The translations under genes were made by a program, and so were the position numbers. The notes under the pieces were generated by a model. That model searched no databases and was not told the origin of the DNA. It saw only the letters and a program-made list of their open reading frames with translations. Of a stretch of 31,054 nt of DNA, positions 7,481-16,358 are shown one piece after another. This stretch comes from a virus (Duplodnaviria > Caudoviricetes): the IMG/VR virus record IMGVR_UViG_3300045424_000096, positions 1-31,054 of that record; one strand, given 5' to 3'. How positions within the stretch are numbered: position 1 is the first letter of the stretch; the number at the start of each line of letters is the position of its first letter.

Positions 7481-10400
7481 TCATTCGGACACTTTAAAAT
7501 CTTTGCATTGCATACAATTTTTCCAATCCGTTTTTTCATGAACATCACATAATCGAACCCACTTCTTTGGGCAATTACAATTTTTTCTGTCGATTACTTT
7601 TCCAATGTGTTCACATTGTTCTGGGTTAATCATCTCCATTGGTTTTTTAAAAAAAGGAGAATCAGTTATTATGCTTTTTTTAAATTCTAATATTTGGTTG
7701 TAGTCTGGAGGCAAGCTGTGCTGTTGGTCTTCGTCAATATCTTCTTCTATTGTTATATCGCACATAAATCCATATCTACCTATGGATTCTGTTGGAACTA
7801 AAGGGATTTGTGGTGCTGGCCCAGAAATGTATACTGATGGATTATAATAGTTTCTACCTCCATCATTTATAGTTATAGAAACAACCTTATCACTATTACT
7901 TCCAGTACCAAGAACTGCGGTAAAAGACCCTTCCATTCCACCACGATCACCATTTAAAACACGAACTTGTGGGGGGCTTGTATATCCAGATCCTCCAAAT
8001 AAAAAAGCAAAACCAATTATTGCCCCTCTGTTAGAAGTTTCATTACCAACTACTGCTTGTGCTGTAGCACTAGATACCTCTTGCCTTTCAAATGCAAATG
8101 GAAAAGCATAATTGTATTTAAAATTAATTGTGCTTAAATAAAACTTTACATTTTTATATTTAACTTTTAAAGGTGAAAGTGAAATGTATTCAACATAATC
8201 ATACCCATAATAACTACCTAATTGATCTCCATAAATTTGGTAATTAAGAAAACCAGCATCGTTTGAAATAACATAATTTAAAAAAGGAGAATTTTTCTGG
8301 ACAAACGCAAATGATATAGGAAGGGCTTTTTCTGCACTTGAAAAAACAGCGTTAAGTCTCATTTCTCCAAAATCAAATGCCACTTCATTTGTAATGTAAT
8401 CAACATTAAGAGCATCTAGTTTTGGGTTGTCTGCTTCGTAATCAATAGTTTTAAAATCTAAATACCTTGGAGCATTTTCCAAAGAAATATCTTTTTTTTT
8501 GTATTTGTATTTTACTTCAAAAGAAGCGTAATAATTTTGATATGGGCCAGCAATAAAAATACTTTTTCCGTCAATTGCATCTTGATATGTTTTAGCCATT
8601 TTTATCAAGCATCTACCCGCTGGTTGACTGTTGCTTGTTATTTCTCTAACAAATATACAATAATACAATTTGTTTGTTGGCAATGGGGCAAGAAATTTTG
8701 GAAGATACCCATTATAAAACTTCATTTCATTACCAGTCTGAAGAACTTCTGGTGGTGCATCAATTAGTATGCATCCAGCAAAATCTTCTTCGTACTGAGT
8801 GGAATCATAAACTCTTGAAAAAGTCCTATATGTGCTGTTTCCATTAAAATACACAATCTTATATCTGTACTCAAATTCACCTTCTTCATAATCCACAACA
8901 TCCTCAACAATATTGTTTTTACGGTTAAAATATGGGTTGTATTGAACATCTTTTCTTTGACTATATTTGTTAACATAAAAAGTTGCACCTTGATTTGTAT
9001 CAGGAGGTATAAATATAGTGTTGTCGTAAAAAGAACCGTAATTAAAAGGAACAGAAAAAAATTGAGTTCCATTCCAAGTTGCCGCACTAAACTCATATCC
9101 AGCAACTCCAATACCAATATCATTTGGACTTTGTGATTTAAATTCTTTTGCAGCATCATATATGCAATTGTTTTCTTGAGGTATTTTTTTGTATTCAGAA
9201 AAATTAACTTTGAACCTATCCATTCTTTTTAATCTGTCAGGTATGCTAGTCAACTTACAAAGAGGTTCTGATTGCACTTTTATTTCTGCATCAAAATAAA
9301 ATCCATATGCAACATAACTAGTTATAAACTCAGGAACTTTATTCCAATTTGCCAAAACACCTCTGTTGTTTCCTTCATCGTTCTTAAAAACAGCAGAACC
9401 AATAGTTGGAGAAGACATAAGTATGTTTTTTATTAATATAGTTGTTTCACCATTTTCATCTGTTGAAGAACTAATGCTAGTAGAAGAATCATAACGAGAA
9501 GAAAAAACTAAATTGTCTGGTCTAAAAAACGCTGTTGACCTTAAAGAAGAATTAACGCTATATCCTGTTTTAACCCCATCGGTGTATTCTACATTGTAAG
9601 TGTTTATGGTTGGATAAAATGTCTGCCTAAATATCTCGTCATATGTTCCTCTAATAACGGCTGGTGACCTATACTGTTGCCACCAAAAAGGGAACTGAGT
9701 TAGTTCTGGATGGTAATCCCATACAGAAATATTATTTATCCCATATGCACAAAAATCATCTAGAATACCTGTGCCTGTTCTTCTTATATATCCATAATAA
9801 GCTGGGCCAGTAATATAATCAGACGGAGAACAAGTATACATTGTTGCTATAAAGTCTTTTTCAAAAAAAATAGAAAACTCTATATAAAAAGAACCGTTTA
9901 AAAAATTAAAATCAAATCGGTTTAATACATATCCACCCGAAATCATTATTTCTTTTAAAGAATCTTCGTATCCAGTAAGGCCTCCACTAACTGGGTGAGT
10001 TAGTGATTTTGAATATCCATCTGGAGCAATGTACTGATGACCAACAGCATTGAATGCTGGCAAAGGGTCAAAAACCTTTTCAACATTATTGCTGCAAGAA
10101 TTGTTTTTTTTAACAGACAAACTAACATCGTTTCCAGCCATGAAATCAAAAAGAGCTTGATAATTTCCAGCATCAATTGATGGTGGTGGTTCTGGTTGAA
10201 CTGAAGATCCAGCACCAAACTCTTTTTCTATATCTTCAACACTACAAGCTGGGGTATTAAATGGTTCACCAAGAGCAGCGGGTGTATACCAAACATAACG
10301 AGTTTGATCAAGTATTGACGAAGCAAATTGAGTAGAATTCAATCCTGATTGACAAGTTGATAATGCTAAATACGCTGCATAAGCCCCGCTTATATCTTGG

Positions 10401-11305
10401 TTATTAAGAGTAGATCCAACATAAACTGTAACATATCCTTGAACATATCCAGACCCTGGGTTTGTTATACTTACAGATGCAAGCTTTTTACCACTAAGAA
10501 CTCCTACTCCAACAAATCCATTTCCTAAAACTGGCCCTGGATTAGGATTTGCATCTCCAACAACTATTGATGGAGGATATTCAAATATTTCTGCTGAATC
10601 GACAACTTCAATAGAAACAATTCCACCATTAGAAACAACAGGTGCTTTAAATACTGCTGCTTGATAACCAGCAGAACCCCAATAATTCGGAAGGAAATAC
10701 TGAGTAACAAGGCCTCCAATTTGAGAGAAATAATTATCAACACCACTCATTGGGTTTACAAATGAAGCCCCATAAGGATAAGAATTATTTAAATAAGGTG
10801 TTGCTGGAAATCTATTACCAGAAGATGGAATCCAACTTGTATATGTAGATCCAATAATAAATCTGTAATAACTTGTAAAGCTACTATTGTAATTTTCAAA
10901 AAAACTAGATGGGCTTCCAGAACATTTTCTAAAGTTGTAATATTTTAAAGATTTAGCAAAAGATGGTCTTGATTGAACTTGAGGTGAATCCCAAGGTTCA
11001 GAAAAATTCCAATACCCATATATTATATTGTAATATTGCCAAAAATTATTGGTATAATACTCAAAAGATGATTCGGCATTAAAATCTAAAGTGTATTGTA
11101 ATTCTGGAAAAGCACCTTGAGGCATCTTGTATTCTGTAAAACCTATTGAGCCAGCTTCTTTAAAATTAGAAAATGAAACTGTTGGTTCAACTTGTCTTTT
11201 TATGCAATACGAGCAAGTGCAACAGGATACTCCATCTAAACTCAAATATTCTTGGTTTAATCTTGCTATATCTTGTTTTACATCGTGACCTTCTTTATAT
11301 GCCAT
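7481..11305 (-). CDS. large virion/tail-associated protein with Cys-rich termini and GSGY beta-modules
   Basis: 1274 aa, Tyr/Phe/Ser/Asn rich; CCTCSYC near the N-terminus; six-Cys C-terminal module; ITNPGSGY and GGSGYTSPPQV modules; RBS AGGGG. Confidence 0.6.
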   Translation of the reverse strand: MAYKEGHDVKQDIARLNQEYLSLDGVSCCTCSYCIKRQVEPTVSFSNFKEAGSIGFTEYKMPQGAFPELQYTLDFNAESSFEYYTNNFWQYYNIIYGYWNFSEPWDSPQVQSRPSFAKSLKYYNFRKCSGSPSSFFENYNSSFTSYYRFIIGSTYTSWIPSSGNRFPATPYLNNSYPYGASFVNPMSGVDNYFSQIGGLVTQYFLPNYWGSAGYQAAVFKAPVVSNGGIVSIEVVDSAEIFEYPPSIVVGDANPNPGPVLGNGFVGVGVLSGKKLASVSITNPGSGYVQGYVTVYVGSTLNNQDISGAYAAYLALSTCQSGLNSTQFASSILDQTRYVWYTPAALGEPFNTPACSVEDIEKEFGAGSSVQPEPPPSIDAGNYQALFDFMAGNDVSLSVKKNNSCSNNVEKVFDPLPAFNAVGHQYIAPDGYSKSLTHPVSGGLTGYEDSLKEIMISGGYVLNRFDFNFLNGSFYIEFSIFFEKDFIATMYTCSPSDYITGPAYYGYIRRTGTGILDDFCAYGINNISVWDYHPELTQFPFWWQQYRSPAVIRGTYDEIFRQTFYPTINTYNVEYTDGVKTGYSVNSSLRSTAFFRPDNLVFSSRYDSSTSISSSTDENGETTILIKNILMSSPTIGSAVFKNDEGNNRGVLANWNKVPEFITSYVAYGFYFDAEIKVQSEPLCKLTSIPDRLKRMDRFKVNFSEYKKIPQENNCIYDAAKEFKSQSPNDIGIGVAGYEFSAATWNGTQFFSVPFNYGSFYDNTIFIPPDTNQGATFYVNKYSQRKDVQYNPYFNRKNNIVEDVVDYEEGEFEYRYKIVYFNGNSTYRTFSRVYDSTQYEEDFAGCILIDAPPEVLQTGNEMKFYNGYLPKFLAPLPTNKLYYCIFVREITSNSQPAGRCLIKMAKTYQDAIDGKSIFIAGPYQNYYASFEVKYKYKKKDISLENAPRYLDFKTIDYEADNPKLDALNVDYITNEVAFDFGEMRLNAVFSSAEKALPISFAFVQKNSPFLNYVISNDAGFLNYQIYGDQLGSYYGYDYVEYISLSPLKVKYKNVKFYLSTINFKYNYAFPFAFERQEVSSATAQAVVGNETSNRGAIIGFAFLFGGSGYTSPPQVRVLNGDRGGMEGSFTAVLGTGSNSDKVVSITINDGGRNYYNPSVYISGPAPQIPLVPTESIGRYGFMCDITIEEDIDEDQQHSLPPDYNQILEFKKSIITDSPFFKKPMEMINPEQCEHIGKVIDRKNCNCPKKWVRLCDVHEKTDWKNCMQCKDFKVSE

Positions 11306-11313
11306 TTTTTCCC

Positions 11314-12714
11314 CTATGGAAGGCTATGCCACCCTTTAACTCCAGCAGAATTCGTTCCGTAATATTTGTTTGGCCCTGGGGTCAAAGTGTCGTTTACCAA
11401 AACAAAATTCAAGTTTGAAACCAATTGAGAATTATTTGGAACAATAGAACCTCCACCTTGAATAAATGAATAATCAAAATATCCAACTCCAGCAGATGTT
11501 GCTTTTACCAGTTTTATTGAATCTCCAGTTGGCAAAGCTTTTGGCCCATCAAGAAGATTTACAAAAGATGTTTTTAAAACTGTAGATGACGAAGGAGGAC
11601 TTGAAACAAAATTTATTGCATTCCCAAGCGAATTAACGGCTAGAAAGTAATTTGCAGCACCACTATATGAATTTGGTGTGTCTATAAGAGATATAAACGA
11701 CTTTTTAGCATCCTCTATAATAGCAATACTTTCTGATGGATAAAGAGTTGCATATGTGACAGACTGACTTCCACCTATGCATACAATATCTGTTACAACA
11801 TTTAATCCTGTTGGCCCAGCAATTGCCGTATTTACCACCATAGCAATTGGCCTTGAATCCGATCTTACTGGATCATTTGGATATGGATCGTAAGATGCAC
11901 CATAATAAAACCCAAGATACCTTCTGCCATCAGCCAAAACGCTTAAATTTAATTCTCTTGCCCAGAAAGACCCTTGAAGCGCCCCAGACTGATCCAATGA
12001 ATCTACTGAATTTGCAGAATAATAAGCCCCATGATTTATTGCACTTGGAACTATTTCTAAAACGAGTTTGCTTGAAGGGTCAATACTTCTAATAAATTCA
12101 TAAATATCTCGGCCATCATTTGAGTCAACCCCTCGAAGTCTAGCAAGATAAACTAATCCTTGACCAGATACCCCAATATTTCCAGTAAAATTCCCTTGAT
12201 TGCTTGGTTCATCAATATCATACGGCATTGCGTACATTTTTGGGCATGAATCTCTAGTAGCAAAATCTGCTTTAAGACCACCAATGTCTTCAACAAAGCC
12301 TGTTCCATCCCAAATAACTTCATGGAAATCGTAAAAACGATGATACATATTTGTACTGTCAAAAACTGCGATTGCAGTAGCTTGAACACCACCTTCTCCT
12401 GTTGGAGGGCCGATTGTAACAATTGGGTTTGTATAACCAGTTCCAAATTCAATTGGGATTATAGAACTGATAACACCATTGTTAAGCAAAGCTCTAGCTG
12501 TAGCCCCTGTTCCACTACCTCCTGATACAGAAACATTTGGAACAACATCGTATCCTGACCCACCATTAGTTACTACATATCCCCGATAAGGTATTTTATT
12601 GTTTACTCTGACATAAATAAATGGGCTATTGCCTTCATTTGAAATAGTAAGTGAATCGGTGGATGCATCGTATCCAGCATTCATCCCACCACCTTGAACA
12701 GGTTGTATTCTCAT
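11314..12714 (-). CDS. tail fibre/tail-associated structural protein
   Basis: GGSGYDVVPNVSVSGGSGTGATARA module; SFISLIDTPNSYSGAANYFLAVN and C-terminal LVNDTLTPGPNKYYGTNSAGVKGW motifs, both familiar from phage tail proteins; RBS AAGGGG. Confidence 0.65.
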   Translation of the reverse strand: MRIQPVQGGGMNAGYDASTDSLTISNEGNSPFIYVRVNNKIPYRGYVVTNGGSGYDVVPNVSVSGGSGTGATARALLNNGVISSIIPIEFGTGYTNPIVTIGPPTGEGGVQATAIAVFDSTNMYHRFYDFHEVIWDGTGFVEDIGGLKADFATRDSCPKMYAMPYDIDEPSNQGNFTGNIGVSGQGLVYLARLRGVDSNDGRDIYEFIRSIDPSSKLVLEIVPSAINHGAYYSANSVDSLDQSGALQGSFWARELNLSVLADGRRYLGFYYGASYDPYPNDPVRSDSRPIAMVVNTAIAGPTGLNVVTDIVCIGGSQSVTYATLYPSESIAIIEDAKKSFISLIDTPNSYSGAANYFLAVNSLGNAINFVSSPPSSSTVLKTSFVNLLDGPKALPTGDSIKLVKATSAGVGYFDYSFIQGGGSIVPNNSQLVSNLNFVLVNDTLTPGPNKYYGTNSAGVKGWHSLP

Positions 12715-12725
12715 TTTTTCCCCTT

Positions 12726-12759
12726 AAAAAAAACAGGACACAGTTTTAATTGTGTCCTG
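12726..12759 (-). terminator. Rho-independent terminator
   Basis: - strand CAGGACACA-ATTAAAAC-TGTGTCCTG followed by T8. Confidence 0.8.
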
Positions 12760-12786
12760 CAATTATCATACACATTTGCTTTTTAA

Positions 12787-13065
12787 TCAAGGTGTTTTAA
12801 TCAATAAAGCCATGCATTGAATAATTTGTGGATACTGCATAAAGTTGCTGGATTCAGACGATAAAACTGATTTTGCAAGCTCATGTGTTGGAACAGGGAT
12901 TCCTCTGATTCCAGTCATAATATAGTCTGAAAAAGCATCAACTGCCTGATCTCTAGTAACTTCACCTTTAATAAATCTTGAAAAGATATCGAGTGAAGGA
13001 TGAACTGGATTCATTCCAGGTTGACCACCAATCATATTTGGAGGTATAGACATTTGAGGATTCAT
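12787..13065 (-). CDS. hypothetical protein (92 aa)
   Basis: RBS AAAGGA; Pro/Met-rich N-terminus; tightly packed in the operon. Confidence 0.75.
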   Translation of the reverse strand: MNPQMSIPPNMIGGQPGMNPVHPSLDIFSRFIKGEVTRDQAVDAFSDYIMTGIRGIPVPTHELAKSVLSSESSNFMQYPQIIQCMALLIKTP

Positions 13066-13077
13066 AAAACTTCCTTT

Positions 13078-13293
13078 CTATCTGCCACAACAATTAGAAC
13101 CACGAAGACTGAATCGAAGCTTTCCACCACGGAAAACTTTCGTGTCTTCTTTAACCGTTTCAATCTTAATGGTTTTTTCGACCTTCTTTTCGACTTGCAC
13201 TATTGGAGCAGAGCATTGCCCATTAGCACATGAAGAACCCTTGCGGATTGGTAAATCGATCACCATAGCTACCGTCAACACTAGACTAAACAT
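13078..13293 (-). CDS. small exported Cys-rich basic peptide (71 aa)
   Basis: ATG at 13293 after GGAGG; hydrophobic N-terminus MFSLVLTVAMV; CANGQC motif; basic tail ending NCCGR. Confidence 0.7.
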   Translation of the reverse strand: MFSLVLTVAMVIDLPIRKGSSCANGQCSAPIVQVEKKVEKTIKIETVKEDTKVFRGGKLRFSLRGSNCCGR

Positions 13294-13330
13294 AATGCTT
13301 CCTCCTAAAGAAAAAAAGTACCCAAGCACA

Positions 13331-14311
13331 TTATATCGACCAATCGATAGTTCGTGCAGGGTATCCATCAAAATTAGAGAAAGAAAAAACTTCCTCAAGA
13401 CAGATTCTATCCATGTCCTTGGCTTTAATCCAATAGGAACCCTTGGGTTCACCGTAATTGCCTAGCGGGGTTCCATGAGCATTACCCCATGAATTCTGAA
13501 TCAAAAAGATCAAACCAAAGTCTGGATGGGTGGTGAAGCCCAAGCATGACTGTTGGTGGCCCCACGATTGATTTCTTGAGGCTAATTGGACAGCAGGGGT
13601 TCCAGATGGCTTTACTTTAAGATCGCTAAATCCAAACCAAGAAGAAGCTATAGTGACAGGGTATCCATGCGACAAGGCTTGTTTAACCTCTTCACTATTT
13701 TTAAGCTTTGAAGTGCTTTGAACTTTGAACTTATTTGCTGAAGCATCAATATCAATGGGTGGCTTGTCACCATTTGACCAAGCGGTTTCTGCTGATGCAC
13801 CAAAAGTCCAAGAACCATCTTGTTCTTTAATCGGTTGCGGGTAACTAGGATCTAATGGGGGGCAACCATCTTCGTTTAGGGATTCTGCCATAGAACTGCC
13901 AAAAGAACCTTCGCCTGTTCCATGCAATCCACCACGCTTACGAGATTGACCGTAATTATAAAGAATGAATGGAATTCTCCATTCTTCAAATGTTTGCCGT
14001 TGAGATATTATTTCAACCGCTTGTAAAGTAGCCATTACCGCTAAAGCACCATGACCTACACATGAACCTGTTTTCTGATTCCAAGGAAAAAATTCGTAAC
14101 CAGCAGCTTGGTTAACCACCTTGTAAAGAAGTGATTCCTTTAGATCCAGCGGAGGGCCAGAAATTTGAAAAGGAACTAACTTTGCGTTGAACTTATCTTG
14201 GAGTTCTTGAGGTTGAGATTCAATTGGCAACCAGCCAAATTTATTAGATTCAATTGGCGGTTCTTTTGCTTTATTTCTTTCGCCAAATTTTGGCTGGTTT
14301 TCCATAGACAT
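13331..14311 (-). CDS. papain-like cysteine peptidase (clan CA, C1-like)
   Basis: Oxyanion Gln and catalytic Cys in NQKTGSCVG, catalytic His in WGHQQSCLGF, Asn in IQNSWG, and GSYWI; TAATG overlap with the upstream gene. Confidence 0.85.
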   Translation of the reverse strand: MSMENQPKFGERNKAKEPPIESNKFGWLPIESQPQELQDKFNAKLVPFQISGPPLDLKESLLYKVVNQAAGYEFFPWNQKTGSCVGHGALAVMATLQAVEIISQRQTFEEWRIPFILYNYGQSRKRGGLHGTGEGSFGSSMAESLNEDGCPPLDPSYPQPIKEQDGSWTFGASAETAWSNGDKPPIDIDASANKFKVQSTSKLKNSEEVKQALSHGYPVTIASSWFGFSDLKVKPSGTPAVQLASRNQSWGHQQSCLGFTTHPDFGLIFLIQNSWGNAHGTPLGNYGEPKGSYWIKAKDMDRICLEEVFSFSNFDGYPARTIDWSI

Positions 14312-14937
14312 TATTTTAATTCCTTTGCTATCTGAGTGAATTCTTTAGTAAGAAGATCCCTGAGTTTTTGATCAAGCTTTAATGTGCCATCTTTGGGTAA
14401 TCTTTCGTTGAGTCTTTTCCCAATTACATCTCTAAGATTAGCAAGCTCGTTTTCCATAAATTGTTTATTGATGGTTGCTTTTGCTGCCTTGAAAACATCT
14501 GTAAGAAATTCGTAGTCGTTTTTCTGACATTCTTTTGCAAGTTCATCATAAAACATAGACAACCACTTTACTTGATCTTTGTCTTCTTTTGCTGCTGCTG
14601 TTCTGATGTCATTATCAGGATTTACTGGTGGAGCGGGAGCGGGTTCATCACCGATCAATACAGATGTAAACGCTGGTTCAGAAGGGCCAAACTCATTACC
14701 AACATAAGCAAATAATCTGTACACACCTTGTATCTGAGAAGTAACTACCAAGGTTTTGGAGTCCTTTAGCAAATCCACAGGGAAAATGTTTAGGCCTTTA
14801 TCAATTGAAACCCATTTGACTGCTTTAGATTCAGTCTTGGCTGGAACGCTTATAAAAGCTCCAGGTTGACCAGAAACCCTTGCTGGAAGCTCTATAGTGG
14901 GAATCTGAAGAAACACTAAAAAAAGAAGGTTTATCAC
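14311..14937 (-). CDS. putative exported protein (signal sequence, beta-rich domain, Pro linker, helical domain)
   Basis: Hydrophobic N-terminus MINLLFLVFLQ; Ig-like stretch ending GVYRLFAY; EPAPAPPVNP linker; GTGA overlap with the HNH stop. Confidence 0.7.
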   Translation of the reverse strand: MINLLFLVFLQIPTIELPARVSGQPGAFISVPAKTESKAVKWVSIDKGLNIFPVDLLKDSKTLVVTSQIQGVYRLFAYVGNEFGPSEPAFTSVLIGDEPAPAPPVNPDNDIRTAAAKEDKDQVKWLSMFYDELAKECQKNDYEFLTDVFKAAKATINKQFMENELANLRDVIGKRLNERLPKDGTLKLDQKLRDLLTKEFTQIAKELK

Positions 14938-15224
14938 GGTCTGCTCCTTATTCGTTCTGCCATGTTTTTAGAATCTATCAAACAGTACACATTTACTGAT
15001 GACCATTTTTTTGCGTGACCAAAAAGAAAATGACAAGGTCTGCATAGCGACAGTAAATTTTTTGGCTCCATTTCTAAAGATGCATCTTTACAAAATGGGA
15101 TCAGATGGTGGACTTGAAGCAAATTGGGATCATCCTCAAGGCAGGCAGCACAGTTAGGATTCCGTTCTAGATGTGCTGCTCTTACCTTGGCCCATTGTGA
15201 TCCCCGATTATAAAAAAACGGAGA
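14934..15224 (-). CDS. HNH endonuclease (5' end lacks a canonical start codon)
   Basis: Frame open from 15224: SPFFYNRGSQWAKVRAAHLERNPNCAACLEDDPNLLQVHHLIPF...NLLSLCRPCHFLFGH, i.e. CxxC, VHH, N and CxxCH motifs. In-frame TGA at 15227-15225; the first TTG (15122) lies after the first CxxC. Confidence 0.8.
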   Translation of the reverse strand, partial: SPFFYNRGSQWAKVRAAHLERNPNCAACLEDDPNLLQVHHLIPFCKDASLEMEPKNLLSLCRPCHFLFGHAKKWSSVNVYCLIDSKNMAERIRSRP

Positions 15225-15525
15225 TCAATAACTTCAGAGCGGTCTTAAGAACGATTGCCCAAGGGATAATTCCAATTGTAATCGGATTTCCGTGGAAATC
15301 ACCCTGGGGAATTGCTTGCTCAAGAATTGCAGCAAAGTCTTCAAGAGATACTTCTGCGTTTTGAAATATCTGTTTATCATCAGGAATAACTTGGTCAGCA
15401 GCGTAACCAACGATGTTCCAAAGTGCATTACTAAATTCTTTATTACCTACATCTTTTTTGCCACGAACCTTATCAACCACTAACATCATGGCATCTGTAG
15501 GCATCGTCTGAGGAAAACTAATCAT
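15208..15525 (-). CDS. hypothetical protein with C-terminal hydrophobic/amphipathic helix
   Basis: 105 aa ending GIIPWAIVLKTALKLLISVFL; RBS AAGGA; overlaps the holin-like gene. Confidence 0.75.
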   Translation of the reverse strand: MISFPQTMPTDAMMLVVDKVRGKKDVGNKEFSNALWNIVGYAADQVIPDDKQIFQNAEVSLEDFAAILEQAIPQGDFHGNPITIGIIPWAIVLKTALKLLISVFL

Positions 15526-15790
15526 GCTTCACTTCCTTTTTTAAAGTCCTAGTGTAATTTAAAACTTCCGTCAAAATCCTCAAGCTTTCGGCTTGAGCCT
15601 TGGCTACTTCGCCAATCGAGCTTTCTAACCTATCTATAAATACCATATGTCTCTGGTGCAGGGGAAGTAGAATGTTTTGACCTAGCCAACTAAAACCCTT
15701 GTAAACTGCCCATAAAAGGAAAACCAGAAAACTTAAGGACACTCCGAATCGCTCGATAATGTCTATGATATTGATGTCTGCGAATATCAT
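15518..15790 (-). CDS. putative holin (single TM helix plus coiled coil)
   Basis: IIERFGVSLSFLVFLLWAVYK transmembrane segment followed by an amphipathic/coiled-coil region and a basic tail; first gene after the tail-fibre module. Confidence 0.55.
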   Translation of the reverse strand: MIFADINIIDIIERFGVSLSFLVFLLWAVYKGFSWLGQNILLPLHQRHMVFIDRLESSIGEVAKAQAESLRILTEVLNYTRTLKKEVKHD

Positions 15791-16350
15791 ATTGCCTCTA
15801 CTTCTTCTATGGTTAATGCGTTTTCAACAGCCTTTCTTTTAGATGCTATTTCCATAGACATCTGCGAGCGAGACTGACCATACAACAGCATTAATTGTAG
15901 CATTTCGGTGATGCTATTAAAAGACAATTCGTTGTTTTCAATCGTTACCAACGATGGCAATGGGAGGCCTAAATTTGCTGCTTCTTTAGCTAATGCAAAC
16001 GATCCAGATATCAGGGCAACATCGCTAGGTGTTATCCCTAAATGGCCTTGTGGAAGTCCTGTATCCCATCCTGTTTTTTCTAGTGCAGCCCATTGGCTAT
16101 TTATTAATAGTAGCTTTGTTGCTTTTGCTTGTGACAACGGATCTGGTGCAGCATCTGGAATATAATCCCAAACTTTAGAAACCAATGATTTTAAATATAA
16201 ACCGTCAGGAGAATTTAGTTCTACTGGCATATAAATATTTCTCATTACACCATCGTTATCAGTTCTTGTTAAAGCAACATTGTAAAAATCCTCTAAAACA
16301 TTAAGGGCTATATTTACTTTTTGCGTAAGGATTATATTTAAACTTTCCAT
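15787..16350 (-). CDS. tail fibre assembly/chaperone-like protein (DUF4376-like C-terminus)
   Basis: Directly follows the long fibre; LSQAKATKLLLIN and a terminal KAVENALTIEEVEAI typical of this class; RBS AGGAG. Confidence 0.6.
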   Translation of the reverse strand: MESLNIILTQKVNIALNVLEDFYNVALTRTDNDGVMRNIYMPVELNSPDGLYLKSLVSKVWDYIPDAAPDPLSQAKATKLLLINSQWAALEKTGWDTGLPQGHLGITPSDVALISGSFALAKEAANLGLPLPSLVTIENNELSFNSITEMLQLMLLYGQSRSQMSMEIASKRKAVENALTIEEVEAI

Positions 16351-16358
16351 GTTGTCTC

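Noticed and set aside
12762-12790. - strand promoter-like TTGATT-N17-GATAAT
   Set aside because: Weak -10 match in AT-rich DNA, and its start site would fall in the terminator stem; not supportable.
15186-15217. -1 frameshift at T TTT TTA at the end of the 105-aa gene
   Set aside because: The heptamer is canonical, but the -1 frame reads IIGDHNGPR and stops at TAA; only the +1/-2 frame reaches the HNH.
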